Shown: positions 28,037 to 35,913 of the stretch, piece after piece
How positions within the stretch are numbered: position 1 is the stretch's first letter
How the letters are laid out: each line of letters opens with the position of its first letter
From: a virus
DNA: 64,000 nt
Direction: 5' to 3' (one strand)
IMG/VR virus record: IMGVR_UViG_3300045988_177018
Coordinates: 49,928 to 113,927 of that record
The notes under the pieces: generated by a model
The model's input: the letters and a program-made list of their open reading frames with translations, nothing else
What the model was told of the DNA's origin: nothing
Database searches by the model: none
Program-made: the position numbers and the translations under genes

Positions 28037-28963
28037 TTAAATCTCGCGCTCGGCACGCTCCCAAATCTTCCGGCGAATCTCACTGTCCTCGGAGAACATC
28101 GCACCCAACTTCAATACTTGACGAACCGCTTTGCGATAATCTTCCATACGCACACGAAGAGCCCATCGAGCTTCGCCCTTGAACGCCCGATTGATGAACG
28201 AATCCGGCATGTCTCTCATATTCTGAACCAGCTCGTAACGCTCCAGTCTGTCAGCTTCCTCCCACGCTTTCATGATGATTTCACGGGTTGCCCACCGAGG
28301 TTTAACGGCCAGCACACTGGCCACGTCTTGCGGTTTGAGTCGTTTGAGCACTTCGTCTACTTCGCTGTCATCGGACAAGAGGGCCGCTTGGGCGCGAATT
28401 CCGGTGTAGGGGCTTTCCAGCCAGTGGGACAGGCACTCTTTATTAACGTCATGGTTACGGATGACGTTGCTGACCACGCGCTCATTCTCCTCCGTGAAGA
28501 AGTTGCAGACGTCGGCTTTTTTCGCCGCGATATAACGAACCTCCCAATCCTTGTCGTGGGACAGGGCGTTCGACGTTTCCTTGTCAAGCTTGTCGTACTT
28601 GTCGAGCAGTTCCACGGCTTTCCTGCGAATCTCCGCACTCCTGTCCCGCAGGGCCACTTGGGAAAGTGCGTTGACCGGCAGGTTGTGAATATCGTATTCG
28701 CCCCAGTCGAAGTAGTAGTGTCGGAGCGTGAGCGGGAGTTCGGAGAGTTTGCCGGAGTCGAAATGCTGTCTGATGTCGGCTAGTTCCTTTTCGCCTTTTT
28801 GGGTGAGCTTCCACGTGTGTTTTTCTTCGTTGCGTTGCACCAGTCCGGCGTTGGCGAGTTTGGTGAGATTCCGGTCATCGTACGCCGCTTGGCGTTCTGG
28901 TTTGTGTTCGAAGCGGAGGAAGTCGTAGATTGCGGTTTCGTTCCAGTTGATGTTGTCGCTCAT
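28037..28963 (-). CDS. HEAT/PBS-lyase-like repeat protein
   Basis: Start at MSDNINW. Repeated ..EVR..AA../..EIRRKAVELL helical units. Confidence 0.45.
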   Translation of the reverse strand: MSDNINWNETAIYDFLRFEHKPERQAAYDDRNLTKLANAGLVQRNEEKHTWKLTQKGEKELADIRQHFDSGKLSELPLTLRHYYFDWGEYDIHNLPVNALSQVALRDRSAEIRRKAVELLDKYDKLDKETSNALSHDKDWEVRYIAAKKADVCNFFTEENERVVSNVIRNHDVNKECLSHWLESPYTGIRAQAALLSDDSEVDEVLKRLKPQDVASVLAVKPRWATREIIMKAWEEADRLERYELVQNMRDMPDSFINRAFKGEARWALRVRMEDYRKAVRQVLKLGAMFSEDSEIRRKIWERAEREI

Positions 28964-28986
28964 TTTCGTTCCTTTTGATTTCCTGT

Positions 28987-29008
28987 TTGTGTGAACAATT
29001 CCAGCATA
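28987..29008 (-). promoter_or_regulatory. Conserved promoter/leader motif copy
   Basis: ttgtgtgaacaattccagcata. Confidence 0.55.
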
Positions 29009-29027
29009 GCATAGAATAGAGAAACGC

Positions 29028-29462
29028 TCAACCACGAACCCAATCGACAAAACGTCCGAAACCATCAAACGGAACCAACGAATACAACAACCAGCCAACA
29101 AGCGCCAGCAATGCAAGCACCGCAATCGCATACACCAGCGTGCCCACGAACAAGCCAGCCAAAAACACGTTCATCTGCCGTTCGCGCAGCTCCAGCAGCT
29201 CATACCATTCGCTCTCGCACCGGTCGAATGCGTCAGCATCCATGCCGGTGCCTCCATGGGCTTGAAGCCAATCGCGTACGGTCGGCATGGGAGGCAACGG
29301 GTCGGATATGCAAGCGTGCGGCATGAGGGCGGTTTTAAGCCCTTGCCAAACGCCGTTGAAAAAGAACGAGGGAAAACGTGCGGCAGTCACCGTGCTGGAC
29401 ATCACTTTTCCACCTGTTCTCTTCGTCCGACAATCTTCTTGCCGCCCACGCTCCTCAACCAT
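29028..29462 (-). CDS. Hypothetical membrane protein
   Basis: C-terminal TM (LFVGTLVYAIAVLALLALVGWLLY). Confidence 0.4.
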   Translation of the reverse strand: MVEERGRQEDCRTKRTGGKVMSSTVTAARFPSFFFNGVWQGLKTALMPHACISDPLPPMPTVRDWLQAHGGTGMDADAFDRCESEWYELLELRERQMNVFLAGLFVGTLVYAIAVLALLALVGWLLYSLVPFDGFGRFVDWVRG

Positions 29463-30133
29463 GCCAAGCCATGACCATAGGAGACCATACCGGCTTCAAC
29501 GGTTGAATTCCGCTGGAACATGTAATGCACTTCCGCGAGTCCATTGCCCCCGCTTGTTTGCAGAACACGAATCCCATAATCCTTTTCGACTGCCTTGACC
29601 GCCATATCCCGTTCGAGTTCGTCGAACCAGCCGTAGAGCGGGAGCATGGCGAATGCGGACAATGCGCCTACGGCGATGAACCGCCAACATGTTTTCGCTC
29701 CCACCAACAATGCGATTGCCGCCACGAGAATTCCAATGACGGCGATTCCCGTCAACAGTTGACGCCATTTGCCGTTGCAGTCGTATTCGACAGGCGCGTA
29801 CGGGTTGGTGGGGACTGGTGTTGGAGGTGCGGTTTTGTTGGTTTTTCGTGTGGCGGGCTTGTAGGCTTTCGGAATGGGTTTCGGAGCGGTTTTGTTTACC
29901 GTTGGAACGGGTTTCTTGCTCGTCTTGCTGGCGATTTCGTCGGTGTTTTCAATGGACTTGTCCGCTGTTTTCGGTTTGAATTTCAATGGTGGCGCCGGTG
30001 GGTTCAGCATTTTTCGTCCCGTTTTCTTCACGATTTCTTGCAGTTCGATGGTGGTGGACGAGTCGGGTTCATCCATTGGTTTCTGACCTAACATCATGAG
30101 GTCGTTTTCCAGTGAGATATTCCGTTCCTTCAT
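29402..30133 (-). CDS. Hypothetical Pro/Lys-rich membrane protein
   Basis: Start at MKERNISL. Low-complexity KP/TP linker, then two TM helices. Confidence 0.4.
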   Translation of the reverse strand: MKERNISLENDLMMLGQKPMDEPDSSTTIELQEIVKKTGRKMLNPPAPPLKFKPKTADKSIENTDEIASKTSKKPVPTVNKTAPKPIPKAYKPATRKTNKTAPPTPVPTNPYAPVEYDCNGKWRQLLTGIAVIGILVAAIALLVGAKTCWRFIAVGALSAFAMLPLYGWFDELERDMAVKAVEKDYGIRVLQTSGGNGLAEVHYMFQRNSTVEAGMVSYGHGLAWLRSVGGKKIVGRREQVEK

Positions 30134-30216
30134 ATTTATTTTCTTTCTTTTTGTCGGATATGAGAGAGGGGAGAAGTGGTCTGGATGCCACTTCTCCCCG
30201 AGTTTTTTAGTGTAGG

Positions 30217-30525
30217 TCAGAGGATTCGGGTTCCCTTGCGGGTGACAAGCATGATTCTGTTTTCGTGACGGCTCTCGAAAACGTCCCAGTTGCCGCTCAG
30301 AACTGCCAAGCATGCGTCGCCTTTGATGAGGTTCCAACGTTCGTCGCAGTTGGATACGACGTGTTTCCAGTTGGTTGGGTTGGGCTTGCTGTGGGAGGTT
30401 TCCACGATAGCTTCATTCATGGGCTTGTCCGCGTAGGTGTGGTCGTAGGTGTTGTCTCCGGCGACCACGCTGATGGTGCCGTTGTCGTGGAAGATTGGCT
30501 GGTAGTAGGTTTTGGTGTCGTTCAT
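30217..30525 (-). CDS. Hypothetical protein
   Basis: Start at MNDTKTYY. Motif copy upstream. Confidence 0.45.
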   Translation of the reverse strand: MNDTKTYYQPIFHDNGTISVVAGDNTYDHTYADKPMNEAIVETSHSKPNPTNWKHVVSNCDERWNLIKGDACLAVLSGNWDVFESRHENRIMLVTRKGTRIL

Positions 30526-30553
30526 TCGTTCTCCTTGGTTGGCTCCGCCTGTT

Positions 30554-30575
30554 TTATGTGGACATTTCCAGTATA
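30554..30575 (-). promoter_or_regulatory. Conserved promoter/leader motif copy
   Basis: ttatgtggacatttccagtata. Confidence 0.5.
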
Positions 30576-30620
30576 GCATACGTAAAGTTCTGACTCCACA
30601 ACAAGCACGGAACATACTGG

Positions 30621-30770
30621 CTACGAGTCTTCGCCCCCATCTTCTCCGAGCGCCTGTTCAACCAACAATCTGACCGCATCGTTCCACGAGACTTCATGTC
30701 GCTCGGCATACTGCATGGTCAGCCGGTACAGTTCGGCGGGCAACATGACCACACGGTTCATGTTAGGCAT
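30621..30770 (-). CDS. Small ribbon-helix-helix-like DNA-binding protein (candidate regulator)
   Basis: MPNMNRVVMLPAELYRLTMQYAERHEVSWNDAVRLL: beta-strand then two helices, as in CopG/Arc. Confidence 0.35.
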   Translation of the reverse strand: MPNMNRVVMLPAELYRLTMQYAERHEVSWNDAVRLLVEQALGEDGGEDS

Positions 30771-30774
30771 CACG

Positions 30775-30954
30775 TCAACTCCAGAACAGGTGGGCGAGCG
30801 AGTCAGCGTCGATATACCGGCGTCGTCCGATTTTGTAGGTGCGTATGCGACCGGCATTCAGCAGGTCGTATATGTGCTGGCGTGAGCAGGAGAGGTAGGC
30901 CATCGTGTCGGCGATAGTGAGGATGGCTGGCAGTTCCTTGGCTTTGGTTCTCAT
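30775..30954 (-). CDS. Excisionase/AlpA-like helix-turn-helix DNA-binding protein
   Basis: LTIADTMAYLSCSRQHIYDLLNAGRIRTYKIGRRRYI. Confidence 0.5.
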   Translation of the reverse strand: MRTKAKELPAILTIADTMAYLSCSRQHIYDLLNAGRIRTYKIGRRRYIDADSLAHLFWS

Positions 30955-30971
30955 CGTCGTGCTTTCCTTCG

Positions 30972-31361
30972 TTAATACCGGTATTCGCAACCGGAATCCA
31001 CAAACTCGTGCTCGCCATCGCTCCACAGCACGGACACTATGGTCGAAGGGTCGTTCAGGTCGATGAAAAACGCGGCAAGCTCGTCCACTGACAAGCGGGA
31101 GAACTCCTCGCCCACAGCTTTATAGAATTCGTCCCAAGCGGCTTGGTCGGCGTCCGATTCCACGAGCGTGGAGAACCGTTCCGCCAGTTGCGTGGATGGG
31201 AGTGTGGCATGGGAGAAGCTTTCGTCCGTAATGTCGAGCCAAGCGTTCAAGCACCTGTCGGCCAGTTCGCCTACCGGAAAAGTCAGCATTCTCGTGGTAG
31301 TGCCCGTCCACTTGGTTTTCTTCAGAAAACTGACTTCGACGGCATTGGTCTTGTGTTCCAT
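30972..31361 (-). CDS. Hypothetical protein
   Basis: 129-aa ORF. Confidence 0.45.
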   Translation of the reverse strand: MEHKTNAVEVSFLKKTKWTGTTTRMLTFPVGELADRCLNAWLDITDESFSHATLPSTQLAERFSTLVESDADQAAWDEFYKAVGEEFSRLSVDELAAFFIDLNDPSTIVSVLWSDGEHEFVDSGCEYRY

Positions 31362-31392
31362 GGTCTGCGCTCCTATTCATGGCTTTCTGTTT

Positions 31393-31414
31393 TTGTGTGA
31401 ACAATTCCAGTATA
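31393..31414 (-). promoter_or_regulatory. Conserved promoter/leader motif copy with TTGACG-16-TATACT
   Basis: ttgtgtgaacaattccagtata. -35 TTGACG (bottom strand) lies 16 bp from TATACT. Confidence 0.55.
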
Positions 31415-31475
31415 TATGAATGTACGCGAACGTCAAACCAGCTTCCCACCAAGCGCTTTTTAAAGCATTATGGCG

Positions 31476-31691
31476 TCAAAGCGAACCATGTCCGCGTCTT
31501 CTCTCCGAGGCGAACTGATGGGCGACTTCATCCAGCTCTTTGGACTCCAACCCGTCCAGCACGGCGAGTGCGAACCTCACACGCTCACGGTCATCGACCG
31601 GCAACCAGATGTCGTCGGCTCCCGCGACGACGTGAATGCCCATGCCGTCGTTGTCGCTGATGTAGTCGAATCCGTTGAACTTGACGCTCAT
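31476..31691 (-). CDS. Hypothetical protein
   Basis: Start at MSVKFNGFDY. Confidence 0.35.
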   Translation of the reverse strand: MSVKFNGFDYISDNDGMGIHVVAGADDIWLPVDDRERVRFALAVLDGLESKELDEVAHQFASERRRGHGSL

Positions 31692-31707
31692 GCTTCCTCC
31701 TTTTTTC

Positions 31708-32196
31708 TCAGTCTTCCCCGTTGCCTGAACGATGCGACGTAATACGGTTCCAATGTTTTGAGTACACGTCCCATACGTTTTCGGAATCAACGTTCAGCAT
31801 TTCCTCGAAAGCGGCTTTGCCGACGTCGCTGAGACGGCTGATGTTGCGCAGAATATCCGCCACCTTGTCCGCTTCGTACAGTTTGTTCTGGCTGTCCTCC
31901 AATTCTTGAGATTGGGTGCTGGTGAGGTGTTGGAGATAGTTTTCGAGCAGTTCCCAGCCTTTGTCCGAGGATGAGATGTAGGCGGGTTTTGTGAGACGCC
32001 AGTCTTCGAGTATGTCTTCCCAAGGGTCGGTTTTGACGTCGTAGATTCCGGCGTCTTCTTCGTGGGGGAGGTTTTTGATTTGTTTCTGGTTGCCGTCTTC
32101 GTCCAAGTAGTCGATGGTGAGGTATTCGATTGTGTCGTTTCGGTCGAAGAGGTTGTGTGATGTGGTGATTTTGAGGCTGGTGATGGTCTTAATCAT
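31708..32196 (-). CDS. Hypothetical acidic protein
   Basis: 162-aa ORF. Confidence 0.45.
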   Translation of the reverse strand: MIKTITSLKITTSHNLFDRNDTIEYLTIDYLDEDGNQKQIKNLPHEEDAGIYDVKTDPWEDILEDWRLTKPAYISSSDKGWELLENYLQHLTSTQSQELEDSQNKLYEADKVADILRNISRLSDVGKAAFEEMLNVDSENVWDVYSKHWNRITSHRSGNGED

Positions 32197-32225
32197 TTTG
32201 GTTCCCTTTGTTTTCCAAGCATGTT

Positions 32226-32247
32226 TTGTGTGAACAATTCCAGCATA
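32226..32247 (-). promoter_or_regulatory. Conserved promoter/leader motif copy with TTGATG-17-TATGCT
   Basis: ttgtgtgaacaattccagcata. Confidence 0.55.
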
Positions 32248-32287
32248 ACGAGAATGTAGGGGAACATCAAATCAGCTTCCAGCCAAG

Positions 32288-32322
32288 CGCGATTTTAAAG
32301 CATTATATTTATTATATTTATT
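32288..32322. repeat. AT-rich tandem repeat (ttatatttat x3)
   Basis: Direct reading of attatatttattatatttattatatttattac. Confidence 0.6.
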
Positions 32323-32390
32323 ATATTTATTACGGCGAGGTCGCGTTCAAAATGCCGTATCTCAATTGGAAGACTGTCAAGAATTAACAA

Positions 32391-32428
32391 GAGGGGAGGC
32401 CGTGGAATCGCATGTTCCACAGCCTCCC
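32391..32428. terminator. Long GC-rich stem-loop
   Basis: gaggggaggccgtggaatcgcatgttccacagcctcccc. Confidence 0.4.
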
Positions 32429-32710
32429 CGTACAGGCGGACACATTTAACGCGCGCGCGGCGGCGCGTTGGCTCAGACCCGCGTTCAGACGGGCGGCGCT
32501 TATGGTCTCAAGGTTCGGTTCGCCCACATCCGCCTGTCATGCGTCGCGGAACGCGCTGAAGCCTTTGCTCAATGCCTTCGAACGTTCCGCGATGCGCCTC
32601 AAAGTTTGGTCGGCGGCCTGCCTGAACGTGAGCTTGCCGTCATAAGCCTTGACCAGACGACGGCCCGACAGAAACCCTAAGCCCATGGTTTGCTCCTTCC
32701 GATACGAAAA

Positions 32711-32744
32711 CAGTCGGGTCGTCTCGCATCCGACGGCCCGACTG
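32711..32744 (-). terminator. Stem-loop downstream of the flotillin gene
   Basis: cagtcgggtcgtctcgcatccgacggcccgactg. Confidence 0.45.
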
Positions 32745-32757
32745 TCAGACGGTTGGA

Positions 32758-34137
32758 CTACTCGGCGTCCTGCATGGACTTTCCGGCGGCATGTCCGGCG
32801 ACCATGCTGTTCAGCAACGCTTTCAGGTCGATGCCTAAGGATTGAGACAATCCCTCACTCAACTGGCTCACACTGTTCACCGTGTCGCCCACGAGCTTCG
32901 TGTTGTTTCCGTCGCCGTACATGGTGATGTGGTCAACCTTGGTGAGCGGTTCGGCGGCGGCTCGAATCATGTCGGGGAGAATCTGAATGTACTGTTGGGC
33001 GAGGATGTACGTGTTGTTCATCGCATTGTAGGCTTGGCCTTGGGCGCGGATTGCCTCGGCTTCGCCGACACCCTTCGCCTGTGCGGCGGAACCCTCGGCC
33101 TTGCCTTTGACCTCGGTCGCGTGTGCGTCCGCGTCGGCTGTGGATTGGATGGCCTGAGCCTCCTGCTGGCGTAGGTACAGTTCCGCGTCGGCGTGTTTTT
33201 GGGTTGTGTACATTTGCGCGTCGGCCTGCTGTTCGGCGGCGTAACGGTCGGCGTCGGCCTTCTTGCAGATGGTCGCGTTCAGTTTTTGCTCTTCGATTTC
33301 AGCGTTCTTCTGTTCGAGCACTGCCCTCTTCTCGGCGGCGGCGATTTCAGCCTCCTGCTCCTTGACCTTAAGGGTCTTGGACTGTTCGGCGCTGGTGATG
33401 CCCTTCACCGCGTCGGCCTCGGCTTGCGCCTTGTCAGCGATGGACTGGAGTTCCGCACGCTTCAGGTCGAGCTGGTTCTGGCGGACGGCCACATCCTGTT
33501 CCGCGTTGATGGACGCGAGTTTCGCGTTTCGGCTGATTTCCGCCGCCATCTCCGCGCCCATGTTGGCGATGACGCTTTGCCGGTCGGTGAAGTCCTGAAT
33601 GTTGAACGTGGTCAATTGCAGTCCGAGCCGTTCCATGTCCACACGCGCGGATTCGGCAACAGTTTCGGCAAATGTGTCCCTGTTCTCCATTAGTTCCTTC
33701 AACTCGGTCTTGCCGATGACCTCGCGAAGCTTACCTAGAAGCACCTGAGTGACGTCCTTCTCCATGCGCTCCTTGGACTGGTTGAGATAGTTCTTGGCGG
33801 CGTTCTCCAACGCTTTGACTTGTTTGCCGTTCTCGTCCACGGTCGTGGTTTCCGACGCTATCTGGAAGTTCGCCACGGCGTTCACGTCGATGAGGATGGC
33901 GTCCTTGGTAGGAATCGCCGTATCGGTTGACAGCAGGGATTGCACCGCGCCCAAGCTCAGCCAGTCCACGCGCATGATGAACGGGATGATGAACGCGCTT
34001 CCGCCTGAGACGAAGCGTCTTCCGCCCGGTCCGGTGATGACCATGACCTTGTTGGCGGGGCAGACCTTGTAGCTTGCGGTTGCGAGAAGTGCGACAAGTA
34101 CTACCGCTACCGCGCCGATAATGAGTGTTGTCGGCAT
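32758..34137 (-). CDS. Flotillin-like SPFH/band-7 membrane protein
   Basis: N-terminal TM, SPFH core, long Ala/Gln/Glu coiled coil. Confidence 0.7.
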   Translation of the reverse strand: MPTTLIIGAVAVVLVALLATASYKVCPANKVMVITGPGGRRFVSGGSAFIIPFIMRVDWLSLGAVQSLLSTDTAIPTKDAILIDVNAVANFQIASETTTVDENGKQVKALENAAKNYLNQSKERMEKDVTQVLLGKLREVIGKTELKELMENRDTFAETVAESARVDMERLGLQLTTFNIQDFTDRQSVIANMGAEMAAEISRNAKLASINAEQDVAVRQNQLDLKRAELQSIADKAQAEADAVKGITSAEQSKTLKVKEQEAEIAAAEKRAVLEQKNAEIEEQKLNATICKKADADRYAAEQQADAQMYTTQKHADAELYLRQQEAQAIQSTADADAHATEVKGKAEGSAAQAKGVGEAEAIRAQGQAYNAMNNTYILAQQYIQILPDMIRAAAEPLTKVDHITMYGDGNNTKLVGDTVNSVSQLSEGLSQSLGIDLKALLNSMVAGHAAGKSMQDAE

Positions 34138-34188
34138 GTTTTTCCTTTCTCTTTTTTGTGGGCGAACCCACTATAACAAAACTCGTTT

Positions 34189-35529
34189 TCAGACTTCGGT
34201 TCCGAAGTCTGCGGCCATGTCCGCGAACTTGGAGCATTCGCCCATGAACGCGAGGTTGAACGTGTCGGTCGGACCATTGCGATGCTTGGCGAGAATCACG
34301 TCGGCCTCGCCCGGACGTTCCTCACGGTCGTAGTATTCGGGACGATGCACGAGGAACACCATGTCCGCGTCCTGTTCGATGGAGCCGGATTCACGCAGGT
34401 CGGACAGTTCCGGTCTTTTGTCGGCACGTTGTTCCGAGTTGCGGTTCAACTGGGAGAGCACGACCACGGGGCATTGCAGTTCCTTGGCGAGCATCTTGCA
34501 TTGGCGGGAGAAGTTCGACACTTCCTGCTGGCGGTTCTCGACGTTCTTGCCTGAAGTCATGAGTTGCAGGTAGTCGATGACGACGAGTTTCAGCCCGTTG
34601 ACCTTGCGGTTCAGGGCGCGGCATTTCGCTCGGATGGTGCTCATGTTGATGATGGCGGAATCGTCAATCCACAATGGTGCGTGTTCGACGTGACGGCAGA
34701 GGTTGTCGAGCTTGTCCCAATCGTTCCGGTTCAAGTATTCGGGGTGTTGGAAGGATGCGAGCCGGATGCCTGTTTCCGCGGCGAACATGCGTTGCATGAG
34801 TTCGTGTCCGCCCATCTCCAGACTGAATATCACGGTGGGCAGGTTGTTGTGCAGTGCGGCGTTGCGGGCGAAGTCCATGCCGAGCGTGCTTTTGCCCATG
34901 CCCGGACGTCCGGCGACAATGACCATCTGTCCGGCTTGCAGTCCATGCGTCAAAGCGTCGATGTCACGGAAGCCGGTGGGCGTTCCGAAGTTGTTCGGAT
35001 GCTGTTGCATGTCGTCCAACTGTTGAAGCATTTCGTCGGACAACCGGTATGCGGTCTTCAGTTCGTCGTCTTCGTTCCGGCTTGCGTCCTCCAACTCGAA
35101 CGCGGCCTCCAAGGATTTGCGGAGCACGTCTTCGGCGGAAGCGTCGGTCACGCCGCTCATCTGCTGCAATTTTTGGCCGGTTTCGCCGATACGACGCAGG
35201 ATTGCCGCGTCCCTGACCTGTTTGACGAAATAGCCGCTGTTGCTTGTGGATGGTGCGGCGCTTACGAGCTGGGCTATGTAGTCGATGCCGCCGACCTTTT
35301 CCAACTCGCCGTTGTCCATCATGTGCGAGGACAGCATTTGCGCGTCCACACGGTTGTTTTCGGCCGCCAGTTCCTTGATGTTGTGGAAGATGGTCTGATG
35401 GTTCGGCTGGTAGAAATCATGTTCGGACAATTGTCCGATGACCTTGTCCAAGGTCTCAGGGTCTTGGAGCATGGCTCCGAGCACGACCTGTTCGGGCATG
35501 TCCTTATGGATTGGAGTGGTGTCGCTCAC
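34189..35529 (-). CDS. dnaB: Replicative DNA helicase DnaB
   Basis: GFRDIDALTHGLQAGQMVIVAGRPGMGKSTLGMDFA, and RecA-fold motifs throughout. Confidence 0.9.
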   Translation of the reverse strand: MSDTTPIHKDMPEQVVLGAMLQDPETLDKVIGQLSEHDFYQPNHQTIFHNIKELAAENNRVDAQMLSSHMMDNGELEKVGGIDYIAQLVSAAPSTSNSGYFVKQVRDAAILRRIGETGQKLQQMSGVTDASAEDVLRKSLEAAFELEDASRNEDDELKTAYRLSDEMLQQLDDMQQHPNNFGTPTGFRDIDALTHGLQAGQMVIVAGRPGMGKSTLGMDFARNAALHNNLPTVIFSLEMGGHELMQRMFAAETGIRLASFQHPEYLNRNDWDKLDNLCRHVEHAPLWIDDSAIINMSTIRAKCRALNRKVNGLKLVVIDYLQLMTSGKNVENRQQEVSNFSRQCKMLAKELQCPVVVLSQLNRNSEQRADKRPELSDLRESGSIEQDADMVFLVHRPEYYDREERPGEADVILAKHRNGPTDTFNLAFMGECSKFADMAADFGTEV

Positions 35530-35894
35530 TTGTCGGAATTCCCCTTATCCGCGATATGCTTCCAATGTTTTCTCAACTCCGCGTAGCATCGGTGCTCTTC
35601 CTCCAATCGGCTTGCCCGACCGTCGCATGGGTGGCTGGCCCAATGGTAGATGCAACGTTCGATGCGTTTGTATCCGAGGATTTCCGGTCCGAGATTGTGG
35701 CTGCGGAAGATGCTGGCGGGCTTCTCTCCCCGCAGGTATCGGAGGGTCACTTCGTCTTGGAATTCAGTGGTGAAGATAATCCACCAGCCGCGACGGGTGT
35801 TGCGCACGTCCGCGACTTCTGGTCGTTTCGCCAACTCCAAGGCTTCCTTGGAGGAGAGTTTTTTCGATAGGCTTGGTTTAGTCTTTTCAGCCAT
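35526..35894 (-). CDS. Hypothetical basic protein
   Basis: 122 aa, coupled to dnaB. Confidence 0.45.
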   Translation of the reverse strand: MAEKTKPSLSKKLSSKEALELAKRPEVADVRNTRRGWWIIFTTEFQDEVTLRYLRGEKPASIFRSHNLGPEILGYKRIERCIYHWASHPCDGRASRLEEEHRCYAELRKHWKHIADKGNSDK

Positions 35895-35913
35895 TTCTGA
35901 CGGTTCCTTTCTT

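Noticed and set aside
32538-32690. 50-aa minus-strand ORF (MGLGFLSGRRLVKAYDGKLTFRQ...) between the hairpin and flotillin
   Set aside because: Too short and without supporting motif or clear SD. Not called as a gene.
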